This document shows, one piece after another, positions 11,801 to 22,919 of a stretch of 64,000 bases of DNA. The stretch covers positions 28,148,001 through 28,212,000 of the forward strand of contig JANJGN010000016.1 of the NCBI GenBank assembly GCA_026770705.1, written 5' to 3'. Source of the DNA: Isurus oxyrinchus (taxonomy: Eukaryota). The notes below the pieces were generated by a model. It searched no databases. It saw only the letters and a list, made by a program, of their open reading frames with translations, and was not told the DNA's origin. The position numbers and the translations under genes are program-made. Every line of letters begins with the position of its first letter. The stretch's first letter is position 1.

Positions 11801-14800
11801 ATGCTAGAGATTGCTGCATGCATAAAACTAAGGAACTGGCCTCAGTAGGGGAACGGATTTGTTTTAAGTTAGAAATAAATCCTTTGGTGACTGTGCATTT
11901 CATTCCAGAATCGTTTGTTAAAGGTGCTCTGAATTGATCAGAATCTCATGTCAGTGACATAACTGGTGAGCGTGGGGCCATAAAGCAGTTCTTTACTAAA
12001 CTGCTGTGCTCATGACTCTGGGGGTCAAACTCCTTCACCGTCTATGAATGGTTAACTTTGTCAAGAAACAGAAAATCAGTCACTAATACTGCAGTCACTA
12101 ATACTACAGTCAGTCAGGATATGCTGTTAACGGTTTATCAGTGGAATGCTGACAGCAAATAAGAACTCCTTGAGCCTTTGGCTTATGCCTGGGGAAAGCC
12201 TCCCATGACAAAGTCAAACCAACGAGCCATGTGTCCCACCACTAGCATCAAACTTTCCAGGACGGTGGCACCTTACATTGATTTATATGCCAATGTCGAA
12301 GCCTCAAAAAATCCCTCCAAAAATGGCAATTGACTTGTGCGCAGAGTATAGAAGTGAACTGTGGGTGGTTGCCATTTTGAAACGTCATCAGCATCCACGA
12401 GAGGGTACAGATTTAAAGTAAGAAGTAAAAGTGATGGGAGGAAAAACTTTTTCATGCAACGGGTGGTTAGGATTCAGAATGCAGCGGAAGCTCTTTCAAT
12501 CGAAGCATTCAAAAGGGAATTGGATGTTATCTGAAAAGGAAGAATGTGCAGGGAAATAGAAGCAGGTGAGTTGCTCAAATGGAGAGCTGGAGCAGACATA
12601 ATGGGCCACATGGCCTCCTGTGCCATAACTATTCTGTGATCTGATGCAAAGAGTGGGTGTGTCTTAAACTCCTGTCCATCTTCGCCTCATCTTCATTTCA
12701 TCTCTTCATATCACCTGCTTGATCCCTTGCACCCAGTTATCAGGTACCAGTAGGCAATACATCCATTCGCGGAGTGAAAAATTGAGGCTGAACGATGAGT
12801 ATATCATTTTGTGGCTGCAAAAAAAGGGGGTGGGGTGAGGGGTTGCAGTTGTCGATGTATATGCAAAAATGTTTTTGGGGCTGGAAAAATAGGGTCGACT
12901 TGTATGCCACAGCCTATGGTATTCATCAGAAAATTGAATTTGTACAGTATGTGAATGGCATGTAAAGTAAACCATTGTTATATTAAGGGAATGGAGGCAC
13001 CATAGTAAAAGCTATTGCAAGAATTATCCCTATTTGATATAAATCAAGTATATATCCATGTGGTCAGTGATATTCAAACCCTGGCCTTGTCTGGCTCCTC
13101 AGGTGAATATAAAAGAGCTCAGTTCTATTTTGAAGTAGAGCAGGAAAATGTTCAGCAGTGTCCTGGCCGATATTTAATCAACATCACTTGAAATAAATGA
13201 TCAGATTTTGATTTATTACTGCTGTGGGACCTTGCTACGTGCCACTGGTAACTGCCTTTCCATACATTTCAATAGCAAGTACAACTCCGAAATAAAGCAC
13301 TTTGGAGGCCTTGAGGTCATAAAAGATGCTGTAGAAATGAGTCTTTTTCTTGCTCCAGATACCATCAATTGAGCAACACCTAGGGCAGAATTTTGCCCTT
13401 GGCAGGCGGGCTTAGCGGAGGCAGTTGGGAAGCTAACTGTCTGCGATCAGCACTGCACCGTGGTTTCACGCTGGTGGGTCAACTAAGGCCCGCCCAGTGT
13501 GAAACGTGAGCGGCAGCGCTTGAGCACTACCTGTTCGGGAGAGGGGAGGAGTGCGAGCCGGCCAAGCACAAACTTCACGCATGCGCGCGGGTGAGCGCTG
13601 CATAATCTTGAGGCATGGAGCTGCCTCCGGGAGATGAAGAGATATATAAAAATATGTAATAAAACATGTCCCCTCATGACTCTTGTTACATGAGCAGGGA
13701 CATGTTATTAATGAAAATTTTTTCTTTTATTTTTATTTGCTTTTGGAAACCTTAGCCTTTCTGTGGATGAGTTCTCGTTGGGGGGGTGGAGAAAAATAAC
13801 AAAGGCTGCTTGGCCTTTTTGACTGCCCACCAACGGTTGGGTTGGATGGGCTGCGCAAAATTTAATTTAATAGGCCTTTTAATTGTTGACAGGTGTGCTG
13901 CCGGTTCCGGCATGTACCCGCTGACCAAACTATCGCATGCTTGGCCAATGTCATCGTGTGTTATTTCACGCTCGAGCGAGTCGGATGCGTGCCCGCCCGC
14001 CCACCAAGCAAAAAATTCTGCTCCTTGTTTCTCTTTAAACTGAGAACTAGATAAATTGCTGCTCTGTCCTAGAACACACTTCACGCAGCAGATATACAAG
14101 GAGTAGTGTATTGTAAGACCTCTCCCTATTTTTCTTAATATATAATAAAACAAAAAGTGCCTTCTAAAACACCGTTATTTGAGCAGAAACTGCACTCCTG
14201 GAACCTTTGGTACCATTTGAAGACTGGTGCCCTTTTGCTTCACAAACTAGCTCTTGTGGCCAGGCAAGCTGCTGAGAGTGAGAGCCCCACTGGGGCCTAT
14301 TCCTGCTATTCTTCTGCTCTTGATTTGGCTCTTTGTTTTAGAACTTTTATTTAATTGTGTTTTTTTTTATAACTACAGTGCCCTCCTTGTCCCACCCACA
14401 GCCTGTTCAATGCCAGCTTAGTTAATTTATTTCAATGTTTCTATTTCATTAATTTCAACTCCCTGGTTCAATGCCAATTTTATTAATTTATTTTGACCAA
14501 ATATGTTCAGTGCCTAATTTAATTAGTTTTAACTTTGAATTGAGTAACAGTGTAGAGATTACATAATTAATTTTATCCCTATGCTCTCCATCAGTAGAGT
14601 TTATTTAATTAACTTTCATGGATGAGTGGGCAAATTTAAATTTGTGCCCCATTACCATCTCGCTGGCCAGTGATTGGCCTGATCCTGTGTCACCCTTACT
14701 CCTCAAACCCATTTCTCTATTCAGTGAGATCATGGATATGTGGTTTAGCTCCATTTTGCTGCCTACTATGTTATCTACAAACTTTAATTGCGACTTTTTC

Positions 14801-16960
14801 CAATTGGTCATCTAATTCATTAATAAGTATAGTGAATAGTTAAATTCCAGTCACATCCTGGTTCATCTGCTCTCTGCCTCCTGTCACTCAACTAATCTTC
14901 TAATCAGATCAATAACTTGCCCTGAGTTCCTTGAACTTCAGTTTTGATTAAGTCTCTACTGAGGGGCATAGATTTTGGTATTTTTTACCCCTAAAATAAA
15001 TGAACCCCCAGAAGGCCATCAGCATTCCCTCCCATACTTTTGCCATCTCTTTCCTCCCCTAAAATTCCAAATTAACTTTACTATAACCAATTTTTTTTAT
15101 TTTGACTTTTTTTCCTTCCATGTTTTTTGTTTTCTGTTTCTCTCTTGGCTGATTGCCATTCTCAATCCAAATGTGAGTACTTTGCTCCCTGGTTTTGACT
15201 TTCTTGCTGGTTCTATGCACCCCCCCCCTCCCCCCCGCCCTCCCCCCAAACCCCAGTCCGGTGTCCCCTACTGAATCCTTCGCAGCTTCTTAATACACAA
15301 TAAAGGACAATCTATTCTGCCGCCCTTGTACTTGTGCAGTTTAATGTAGAGCTCCACTTTGACCATCAAGTATAATGTTTAAACCATGTGCTGATGTTGA
15401 GGATGAGCCTGGTGACCCTGAGCTCTGACTTTTCAGCTGTGACTCCTGCATGTGATGAACTCTAACTTGAGTGCTTGGATCCTAGGGATAGTGCAGGAGA
15501 GCGCAGTGAGTCTGGCTCACTTGTGAGGGGAAAGCCCTACAGATGACAATACTTGACTTCCATTCTCCATATGTCAGAACCTGTATCGAGGATCCTTAAT
15601 TTGTATCTACCAATTGTATGGTGTTGAAGCAGCAATCCTCTACATTTCTGAGCAATGTTCCTGTGTGCTCGGTGAATAGGAAGCATTCATTGTGTTTTTC
15701 TGGAGATTGGTCTATAGTAGTTTGGAAGACCTTGTTTATGTTTTGTGTTCTGATTGGTTAAGTGAATTATGCTGTAACACACATTATTAGGTTGGATTGT
15801 ACTTGCACCTGAGCAGATTATAATTTTACCCCTGTCCATGTGAGCAGAAAGTAGTTTTACAGTCCCAGCTGCAGAAATGAACCACTGCAGGAAAGTGGAG
15901 ATAACAGCCATGATCTTACTGAATGGCAGAGCAGACTTGATGGACCAATGGCCTACTCCTGCTCCTATTTCTTATCATCTTTCCTACCCATTTTCCTTGG
16001 CTTTGTACTTTCTTAACTGTTAATCTTTAACATCTTCCAGTTGGACCATTGATCAGAAATTTTAAACTCCTGTTTCTGTGTCTCTCGAGATGCTGCCTGA
16101 CGTGCTTGCTGTAATATGCCTTTAACGGATAGCAGCATGCCGTCACTTCAGGGGAAGTGTCATGTGATCCAGCCTCAGTTTCAATTTGACCTGGAGCAGA
16201 ACACAACTGCCACAGCCCTGCTGTCCCTTTAAAAGGCATATTAAAACAGTATCGAGTGCAGTCTTTAGCATTTTGTTACTTCAGATTTTCAGCAGTTTAA
16301 TTTTGTGCCACCAACTGTCTTGGCACAAACAACTTTTTTTTTTCTATATTTACACCATCAGCGGACATTTAAATACATTTTGGCCTGTTCCGCCTCAAAG
16401 TAGAAACTATAGAAATGGGATAGCAGCAAGTATGATTTTGTGTGGTATTATGTCTATGGTAGGTGTCATATTCAACTTTAAAAGCATGAAGCAGTAAGGT
16501 ATTGAGTGTTAGCAAATCCTGGTTGGAAGTATTCCAGTAAGTTTCTCACTTAACCTTACACCAGATATGTCCAGGCACTTTGGTATCTCACGACAACTGG
16601 GAAGTGAAGAGATTCTTTGTTATTGGTTGGATGGTTCTTAAGTGTTAATCAAACAACCCTTCTCCAATATTTGAAAGCTGGGATCTTCTGGGGGTGGGAA
16701 GAGAGGGAGGGTGGAATCTTTTTTAAAAAATAAATAAATTTACTGATCCTATGACTTCCTGGTTTGTACAGCAATGTGTTGCAAATTAATCTTTTGACTT
16801 CTGAAGACTCTTTAGTAAACCAGTTCCAATTCAACTAGCTGTGTTTTATATGCACAGGCACTAAATTTTCATTTCTTTTTTCCTCCCCAGATGGTACGTG
16901 TGGCATGGCTGTTTTTATTTTCCAAATTTGTTGAACTATTCGATACGGTGAGTATGACAA

Positions 16961-17000
<40 letters not shown>

Positions 17001-20000
17001 CTCTCTCTCTCTTTCTCCAGATATTAATCTCAATCATAGAAATTTCAGCCTTTTGTCAGAACTGCTTCCAAATTGGAAGCTATCTGCTTTAATTCCATCA
17101 CTCTGCCATTTAATCTCTATCTTCAGGTGGTTAACTAATTTTCTCCATTTTATGGACTACTATCCACTTCCTATTAACCTTTGCCTGGAAACATTTTCTA
17201 CCTGTTTCTGCTCATCTGTGTGAAATTTTATTTGTTACAAGATTGCAGAATTTTTACATGCAAGTTATATTCAGTGTTAAACTTGTACCCGGTTTTTAAG
17301 AAAATATGCTAGAAATAGGCCTGCTCACAAAATCCCATTGGGATTATATGATAATTGTACTTGCTTGCAGGCCTTCAAGGAGACTCCAAAAATTTAAGCT
17401 GGAAGTTTGAGTGCATGAACCCCAATTGGCGCACACAATCATAAGCCGGGATTTTCTGGCCCCATCGCGGGGGATATTCGATGGCCCAGCCAAAAGTCCG
17501 TTGACTTTCGGTGGGACGGGATGATCCCAGCTGTGGGCGGGGCCAGAAAATCCTGCCCACAGAATGGATACAGCACAGCCAGCCATTCAACCCATCATGT
17601 CTGTGCTAGTCCCAATTCTCCTTTTACTTACAGCCCCAGATGTGGTCTCACCAAGGCCCTGTACAATTGCAGCAAGCCATCCCTGTTCCTGTACTCAAAT
17701 CCTCCGGCTATGAAGGCCAACATACCATTTGCTGCCTTTACCGCCTGCTGCACCTGCACGCTTATCTTCAGCGACTGGTGTACGAGGACACCCAGGTTTT
17801 GTTGCGTATTCCCCTCTCTCTCAATTTATAGCTATTCAGATAATCTGCCTTTCTGTTTTGCCTGCAAAGTGGATAACCTCACATTTATCCACATTATATT
17901 GCATTTGCCCACTCTCTTTCTCAGCTTATCCAAATCACCCTGAAGCATCTCTGCATCCTGCTCACCCTCCCACCCAGCTTTGTGTCATCTGCAAATTTGG
18001 AGGTATCACGTTTAGCTTCCTCATTTAAATCATTAATATATATTGTGAATAGCTGGGGTCCCAGCACCGATCCCTGCGATACCCCACTAGTCACTGCCTG
18101 CCATTCGGAGAAAGACCCATTTATTCCTACCCTTTGTTTCCTGTCTGCCAACCAGTTTTCTATCCATCTCAACACAATACCTCCAATCCCATGCACTTTA
18201 ACTTTACATGCCAATCTCTTACGTGGGACTTTGTCGAAAGCCTTCTGAAAGTCCAAATAAACCACATCCACTGGCTCCCCCTCATCAACTTTACTTGTTA
18301 CATCCTTGCAAAATTCCAGTAGATTTCTTGAGAATTATTTCCCTTTTTGTAAATCCATGTTGTCTCTGTCCGATTCTGCCACGGTTTTCCAAGTGCTCAG
18401 CTATTAAATCCTTTTGAATGGACTCTAGAATTTTCCCCACTACTGACGTCAAGCTGACTGGTCAATAATTCCCTGTTTACTCTCTACCTCCCTTTTTAAA
18501 TAGTGGGGTTATATTAGCTACCCTCAAATCTGTAGGAACTGTTCCAGAGTCTATAGAGTCTCGGAAGATGATTACCAATGCATCCACTATTTCTAGGGCT
18601 ACTTCCTTAAGTACTCTGGGATGTAGATTATCAGGCCCTGGGGATTTTTCGACCTTCAATCCCATCAATTTCTCCAACACCATTTCCCTACTAATACTGA
18701 TTTCTTTCAGTTCCTCCCTCTCACTAAATCCTATGTTACCCAACATTTCTGGTATGTTATTTGTGTCCTGCTTTGTGAAGTCAGAACTAAAGTATTTTGG
18801 TCAGCCATTTCTTTGTTCCTCATTATAAATTCCCCTGTTTCAGACCTACATTTGTCTTCACCAATCTTTTTTCTCTTCACATAGCTATAGAAACTTTTAC
18901 AGTCTTTTTTTGTTCCCCACAAGCTTGCTCTCGTACTCTATATTTTCCTCTTTCTTAATCAATCCCTTGGTCGTCCTTTGCTGAATTCTAAAGTGCTTCC
19001 AATCTCAGGTCTTTTTTTCTGGCCAATTTGTATGCCTCTTCCTTAGATCTAATACTATCTCCAATTTCCCTTGTAAGCCATGGTTTGGCCACCTTTCCGA
19101 TTTTACTTTTGCGCCAGACAGGAAGAAACCATTGTTGCAGTTCACCCATGCGCTCTTTGAACATTTGCCATTGCCTATCCACCGTCATCCCTTTTAAATA
19201 ACGTTTCCCAATCCATCATAGCCAACTCGTGTCTCATACCATCGTAGTTTTCTTTATTCCTTTATTAAGATTCAGGACCCCTGTCTCAGAATCAACTATG
19301 TCACACTCCATCTTGATGAAGAATATGAAGAATTCTATCATATTATGGTCCCTCATCCCCAAGGGGCCTCGCACAACTAGATTGCCAATTATTCCTTTCT
19401 CATTACACAACACCCAGTCTAGCATGGCCTGTTCCCTAGTTGGTTCCTCAGAAAACCATCTCGAATGCACCCTAGGAATTCCCCCTCCATGGTGTTGTTA
19501 CTAATTTGATTCCCCAATCTTTATGCAGATTAAAGTCACACATAATTACAGATGTTCCTTTATTGCATGCATCTCTAATTTCCTGTCTAATGCCATTCCA
19601 AACATCACCACTACAGTTTGGGGTCTATGTACAACCCCACTAATGTTTTTTGTCCCTTAATGTTTCTCAGCTCTACCCACAGATTCCACATTGTCTGAGC
19701 TAATATATTTCCTCACAATTGCGTTAATTTCCTATTTTTAACCAGCAATGCAATTCCACAACCTTTTTCTTTTTGTATGCCCTTCCTAAATACTGAATAC
19801 CCCTGGATGTTTGGTTCCCATCCCTGGAACATCAATGTCTTGTGTCCCCATGTCACTAATTTCCTTGAAGTTAAATTCAAAACACTAACTTGTATGTGTT
19901 GAAGATCCAATGGGGATTAGACATTATGAATATAGTGCAAATTCTAAGTAATCCATGTACGTTCTGCTTATTTTTCCCAGCAAAGTTTTATACAAAGGAG

Positions 20001-22919
20001 GGGTGGCCTTTTCTGTGACTAATACTGAACCTAAGCAGATATTTGAATGTTTCATTAATTTAATAAACTCTATCTCATTACATTGACACTTTGAACAGAA
20101 TAACTATCATTGCTTCCTGTTTTCTTTCTGTTCAAGACATTTTGCTTGGGTTGATATGTTCTCTTGCTGTCTTTTCATTGTCTTAGGTTTTCTTTGTCTT
20201 GCGGAAGAAAAACAGTCAGATTACCTTCCTTCACATCTTCCATCATTCAATCATGCCTTGGACCTGGTGGTGGGGAGTCAAGTTTGGACCAGGTATGGAG
20301 AGATTCCACCATCCTGTAAACTTGAAGTTATCTGAAACTGTACATGCCCATGTCCGAACTCGCACAAAGTCCTGTTTACTTATTACCTCAGTGCTTGCTG
20401 AGCTACAGTGGTCCCCAGTTGAGCAATACTTGAAGAGTAATTTATATTAAAAAAATTCTCCATGTCCTCTCGGTTCTCATCCTATCTCTAATCTTCTCCA
20501 AACCCACAACTCTCTGATATCTGCACTCCAATTCTGCCCTCCTGAATATCCCTGATTTTCATTGTGCCACCATTGATGGCACCTTCAACTGCCTACACTC
20601 TAAGCTGTGGACATAACGCTCTCTCTCCTCCCTTAAGGCGTTTCTCAATAAAATCTACATCCTTAACCAAGTCAAAAACAGAATTACCTGGAAAAACTCA
20701 GCAGGTCTGGCAGTATCGGCGGAGAAGAAAAGAGTTGACGTTTCGAGTCCTCATGACCCTTCGACAAATCTAGTTCTGTCGAAGGGTCATGAGGACTCGA
20801 AACGTCAACTCTTTTCTTCTCCGTCGATGCTGCCAGACCTGCTGAGTTTTTCCAGGTAATTCTGTTTTTGTTTTGGATTTCCAGCATCTGCAGTTTTTTT
20901 GTTTTTATCCTTAACCAAGTGTTTGGTTATCTACCCTGATATTGTCTATGTTGCCAAATGTTTTATAATACTTCCCTGAAGTGGCTTGGGATGCTTTATT
21001 TTGTTAAAGGTGCTATATAATCTGTTGCTGTATTCGTTTCATTTGGATGAATAACAATATCTGATGCACAGGCTTTGTTCTTGACGGCTGATGCTGTGTT
21101 TCTTTCAGGTGGTATGGGATCCTTCCATGCCATGGTGAACTCTATCGTCCATGTCATCATGTACTTCTATTATGGGCTATCCGCAGCTGGTCCGGCTTTT
21201 CAGAAATATCTCTGGTGGAAAAAGTATATGACAGCAATCCAGTTGGTCAGTGTCACTGTTTTTGTATTTAGATGTTTATGGGAAGGGGTGAGGTGTGGTT
21301 TCCCTTTGTTTACTTTTAGTACAGACCTTTTATTCTGGCATGAGGGAGTAAGAGATGCTTGAGCTTGTAGTGGTTGTTTTTGTTTTAAGACTAGGTAGTG
21401 GAACAGTATAATATCATGGTCTAGTTTAGAGTTCCCACAAAGGGAAATATCCTTTCAGCATCCACCCAGTCAAGTACCTTCAGAATCTTACTCCGACAGA
21501 TACAGGCCCAGCCTGTCCAATCTTTCCTCATAAGATAACTGTCCTCCCGTCCTAGCTATCAGTCGAGTGAACGTTCTCTGAACTGCTAATGCATTTTGTA
21601 AGGAGACCAAAACTGTGTACACATTGCAGATGTGGTCTCATCTCCCTATACAACTTTTAGCAAAACGTTCCTACTTTAAATTCCATTGCCCTTGCAATAA
21701 ACCAACAACATTCTAATTGCCTGCACATTAATCTTTCGTGATTTGGGTACCAGGACACCCAGATCCCTCTCCTGCAGAGTTCTGCAATCTGCCTATTTAA
21801 ATAATGTGCTGCTTTTCTATTCTTCCTGCTAAAATGGACAAGTTCATTTTTATGGCTTTTGGGCATCCAGAAGTACTTTGCAGCCAGTGAACTCAATTTC
21901 GTAGTATAGTCAGTCTTGTAATTAGAGAAAATACCAGCCAATTGGCGCACAAGATGCCATAATCAATGCAATAATGACTAGATAATGTTAGTGACATTGG
22001 ATAGAATCATAGGATGACACAACATAGAGGCAACCATCTGGTGAAGCTATCCAATTAGTCCCATTGACCTATTTTTCCCTCTTTCAAATTTTACTATTGA
22101 AACTGCTTCCACCACCCTTTTCAGTGCATTCTAGAACATAACTTGCTGTCTTTTGTAAGTTTCCTCAAGTTCTTTTTGCCAATCCATAAACTAATGCCCT
22201 CTGGTTACTGAACCATCTGTCCCTGGATATGGTTTCTCCTTCTTTAGTTTTGTCAAAACCATTAATGATTTTGAACACTTCCAGACTGAGGGTAAACATT
22301 GGTCACAATAGTGGGGAGAATGCCCCTGCCATTGAAGTGTCTTGGGATCTTTTTACATCCAGCTGAGAGGCAAGTTTAATATCTCACCTGAGACTGGATG
22401 TACAGGTCAAGCAGGGTAGCAACTTGATTGAATGGCAATGTTAGTGCCAAGACAGTGGTAATCTCGGGGCTAAGATCTGTTGATGTATCTGTACTCCATT
22501 CTTGCCATCATGATTATTTTCGTTGTCCCTTGAGTTGAACTGTTTACAATCCCCTCTTTCTCCTGTGATTTCCTCTGAATGGAGGTGCAGTACCTGTTGG
22601 CATTGATTTTTTTTTTAACGTTTCTATTTTACAGGTCCAGTTTGTTGTTGTTTCACTACATGTCACCCAGTACTACTTCATGGATCACTGTGATTACCAG
22701 TTCCCCATCTTCATCCATCTCGTGTGGATGTATGGAACATTCTTTTTTGTCCTTTTCTCCAACTTCTGGTACCAGGCCTACACAAAGGGCAGGAGGCTGC
22801 CCAAAGGCAGAGAAGGAAAGCAGAAAGCAGCCATGAAGAATGGAAAGCCGGCAGCAGAGAATGGCGGGCACTTGCTGGAAAATGGGGAGGTGATGAATGG
22901 AAAAGTGAAGACAAATTAA
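5759..22919 (+). CDS. ELOVL1: Elongation of very long chain fatty acids protein 1, complete spliced CDS (304 aa)
   Basis: join(5759..5816,6667..6857,9937..10017,16891..16947,20187..20292,21109..21245,22635..22919). All introns GT-AG, phases consistent, 915 nt. Has ELO motifs KxxExx[24 protein letters not shown] and C-terminal KVKTN ER-retrieval signal. Best matches ELOVL1 ([22 protein letters not shown]) and is syntenic with MED8/SZT2. Confidence 0.95.
6667..6857 (+). CDS. ELOVL1: ELOVL1 coding exon 2
   Basis: ctgcag|ATCCAAGG...TATGAG|gtatgc; PRIEEYPLM...YIVYE. Confidence 0.95.
8285..9430 (-). mobile_element. CR1-type LINE fragment
   Basis: Reverse-complement CR1 3'UTR and RT remnants (FADD, DFQKAF). 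Confidence 0.75.
9937..10017 (+). CDS. ELOVL1: ELOVL1 coding exon 3
   Basis: tcacag|[27 protein letters not shown]|gtaagt. Confidence 0.95.
10607..11015. repeat. Inverted repeat, arms ~10607-10731 and ~10886-11015
   Basis: Arms are reverse complements; ORF track gives [14 protein letters not shown] on both strands. Confidence 0.9.
13383..14024. mobile_element. GC-rich MITE-like element, same family as 829-1545
   Basis: ~30-bp imperfect TIRs gggcagaattttgcccttggcaggcggg / cccgcccaccaagcaaaaaattctgctcc. Confidence 0.75.
16891..16947 (+). CDS. ELOVL1: ELOVL1 coding exon 4
   Basis: ccccag|[19 protein letters not shown]|gtgagt. Confidence 0.95.
16966..17012. repeat. (CT)n microsatellite just downstream of ELOVL1 coding exon 4
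   Basis: Directly visible. Confidence 0.95.
17444..17558. mobile_element. ~115-bp MITE
   Basis: TIRs ggattttctggccc / gggccagaaaatcc. Confidence 0.7.
17559..19850 (-). mobile_element. CR1-type LINE with disrupted ORF2 (endonuclease plus RT)
   Basis: [60 protein letters not shown] in frameshifted pieces. Confidence 0.92.
20187..20292 (+). CDS. ELOVL1: ELOVL1 coding exon 5 (histidine box)
   Basis: tcttag|[36 protein letters not shown]|gtatgg. Confidence 0.95.
20673..20906 (+). mobile_element. Palindromic Penelope-derived insertion with hammerhead-like motif and 14-bp TSD
   Basis: 94-bp arms 20673-20766 / 20777-20870; atccttaaccaagt duplicated at 20659-20672 and 20907-20920; inserted in an older L2-like fragment. 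Confidence 0.85.
20772..20810 (+). ncRNA. Minimal type-I hammerhead-like motif (variant core)
   Basis: agtt-CTGTCGA-a-gggtc-atgag-gactc-GAAA-C-GTC-aact: stem I, stem II and GUC site present; A6>U deviation from CUGANGA. Confidence 0.5.
21109..21245 (+). CDS. ELOVL1: ELOVL1 coding exon 6
   Basis: tttcag|[22 protein letters not shown]...MTAIQL|gtcagt. Confidence 0.95.
22635..22919 (+). CDS. ELOVL1: ELOVL1 last coding exon
   Basis: ttacag|[24 protein letters not shown]...NGKVKTN-TAA. Confidence 0.95.
   Translation, partial: VQFVVVSLHVTQYYFMDHCDYQFPIFIHLVWMYGTFFFVLFSNFWYQAYTKGRRLPKGREGKQKAAMKNGKPAAENGGHLLENGEVMNGKVKTN

Noticed and set aside
14400-14535. Three degenerate gttca(a/g)tgcc AT-rich repeats, and a 15-bp tandem duplication near 12077-12110
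   Set aside because: Short and low-complexity; consistent with ordinary slippage, with nothing to support function.
17921-19470. Reverse transcriptase and endonuclease ORFs as an active gene
   Set aside because: Fragmented by frameshifts and stops, with an internal deletion; a dead CR1 copy.
20673-20870. Hairpin as a pre-miRNA or terminator
   Set aside because: TSD and multiple dispersed relatives show it is a mobile-element insertion; the stem is longer and more perfect than a typical pre-miRNA.
5759-22919. Assignment as ELOVL7
   Set aside because: Diagnostic segments and linkage to MED8/SZT2 favour ELOVL1; a phylogeny would be definitive.
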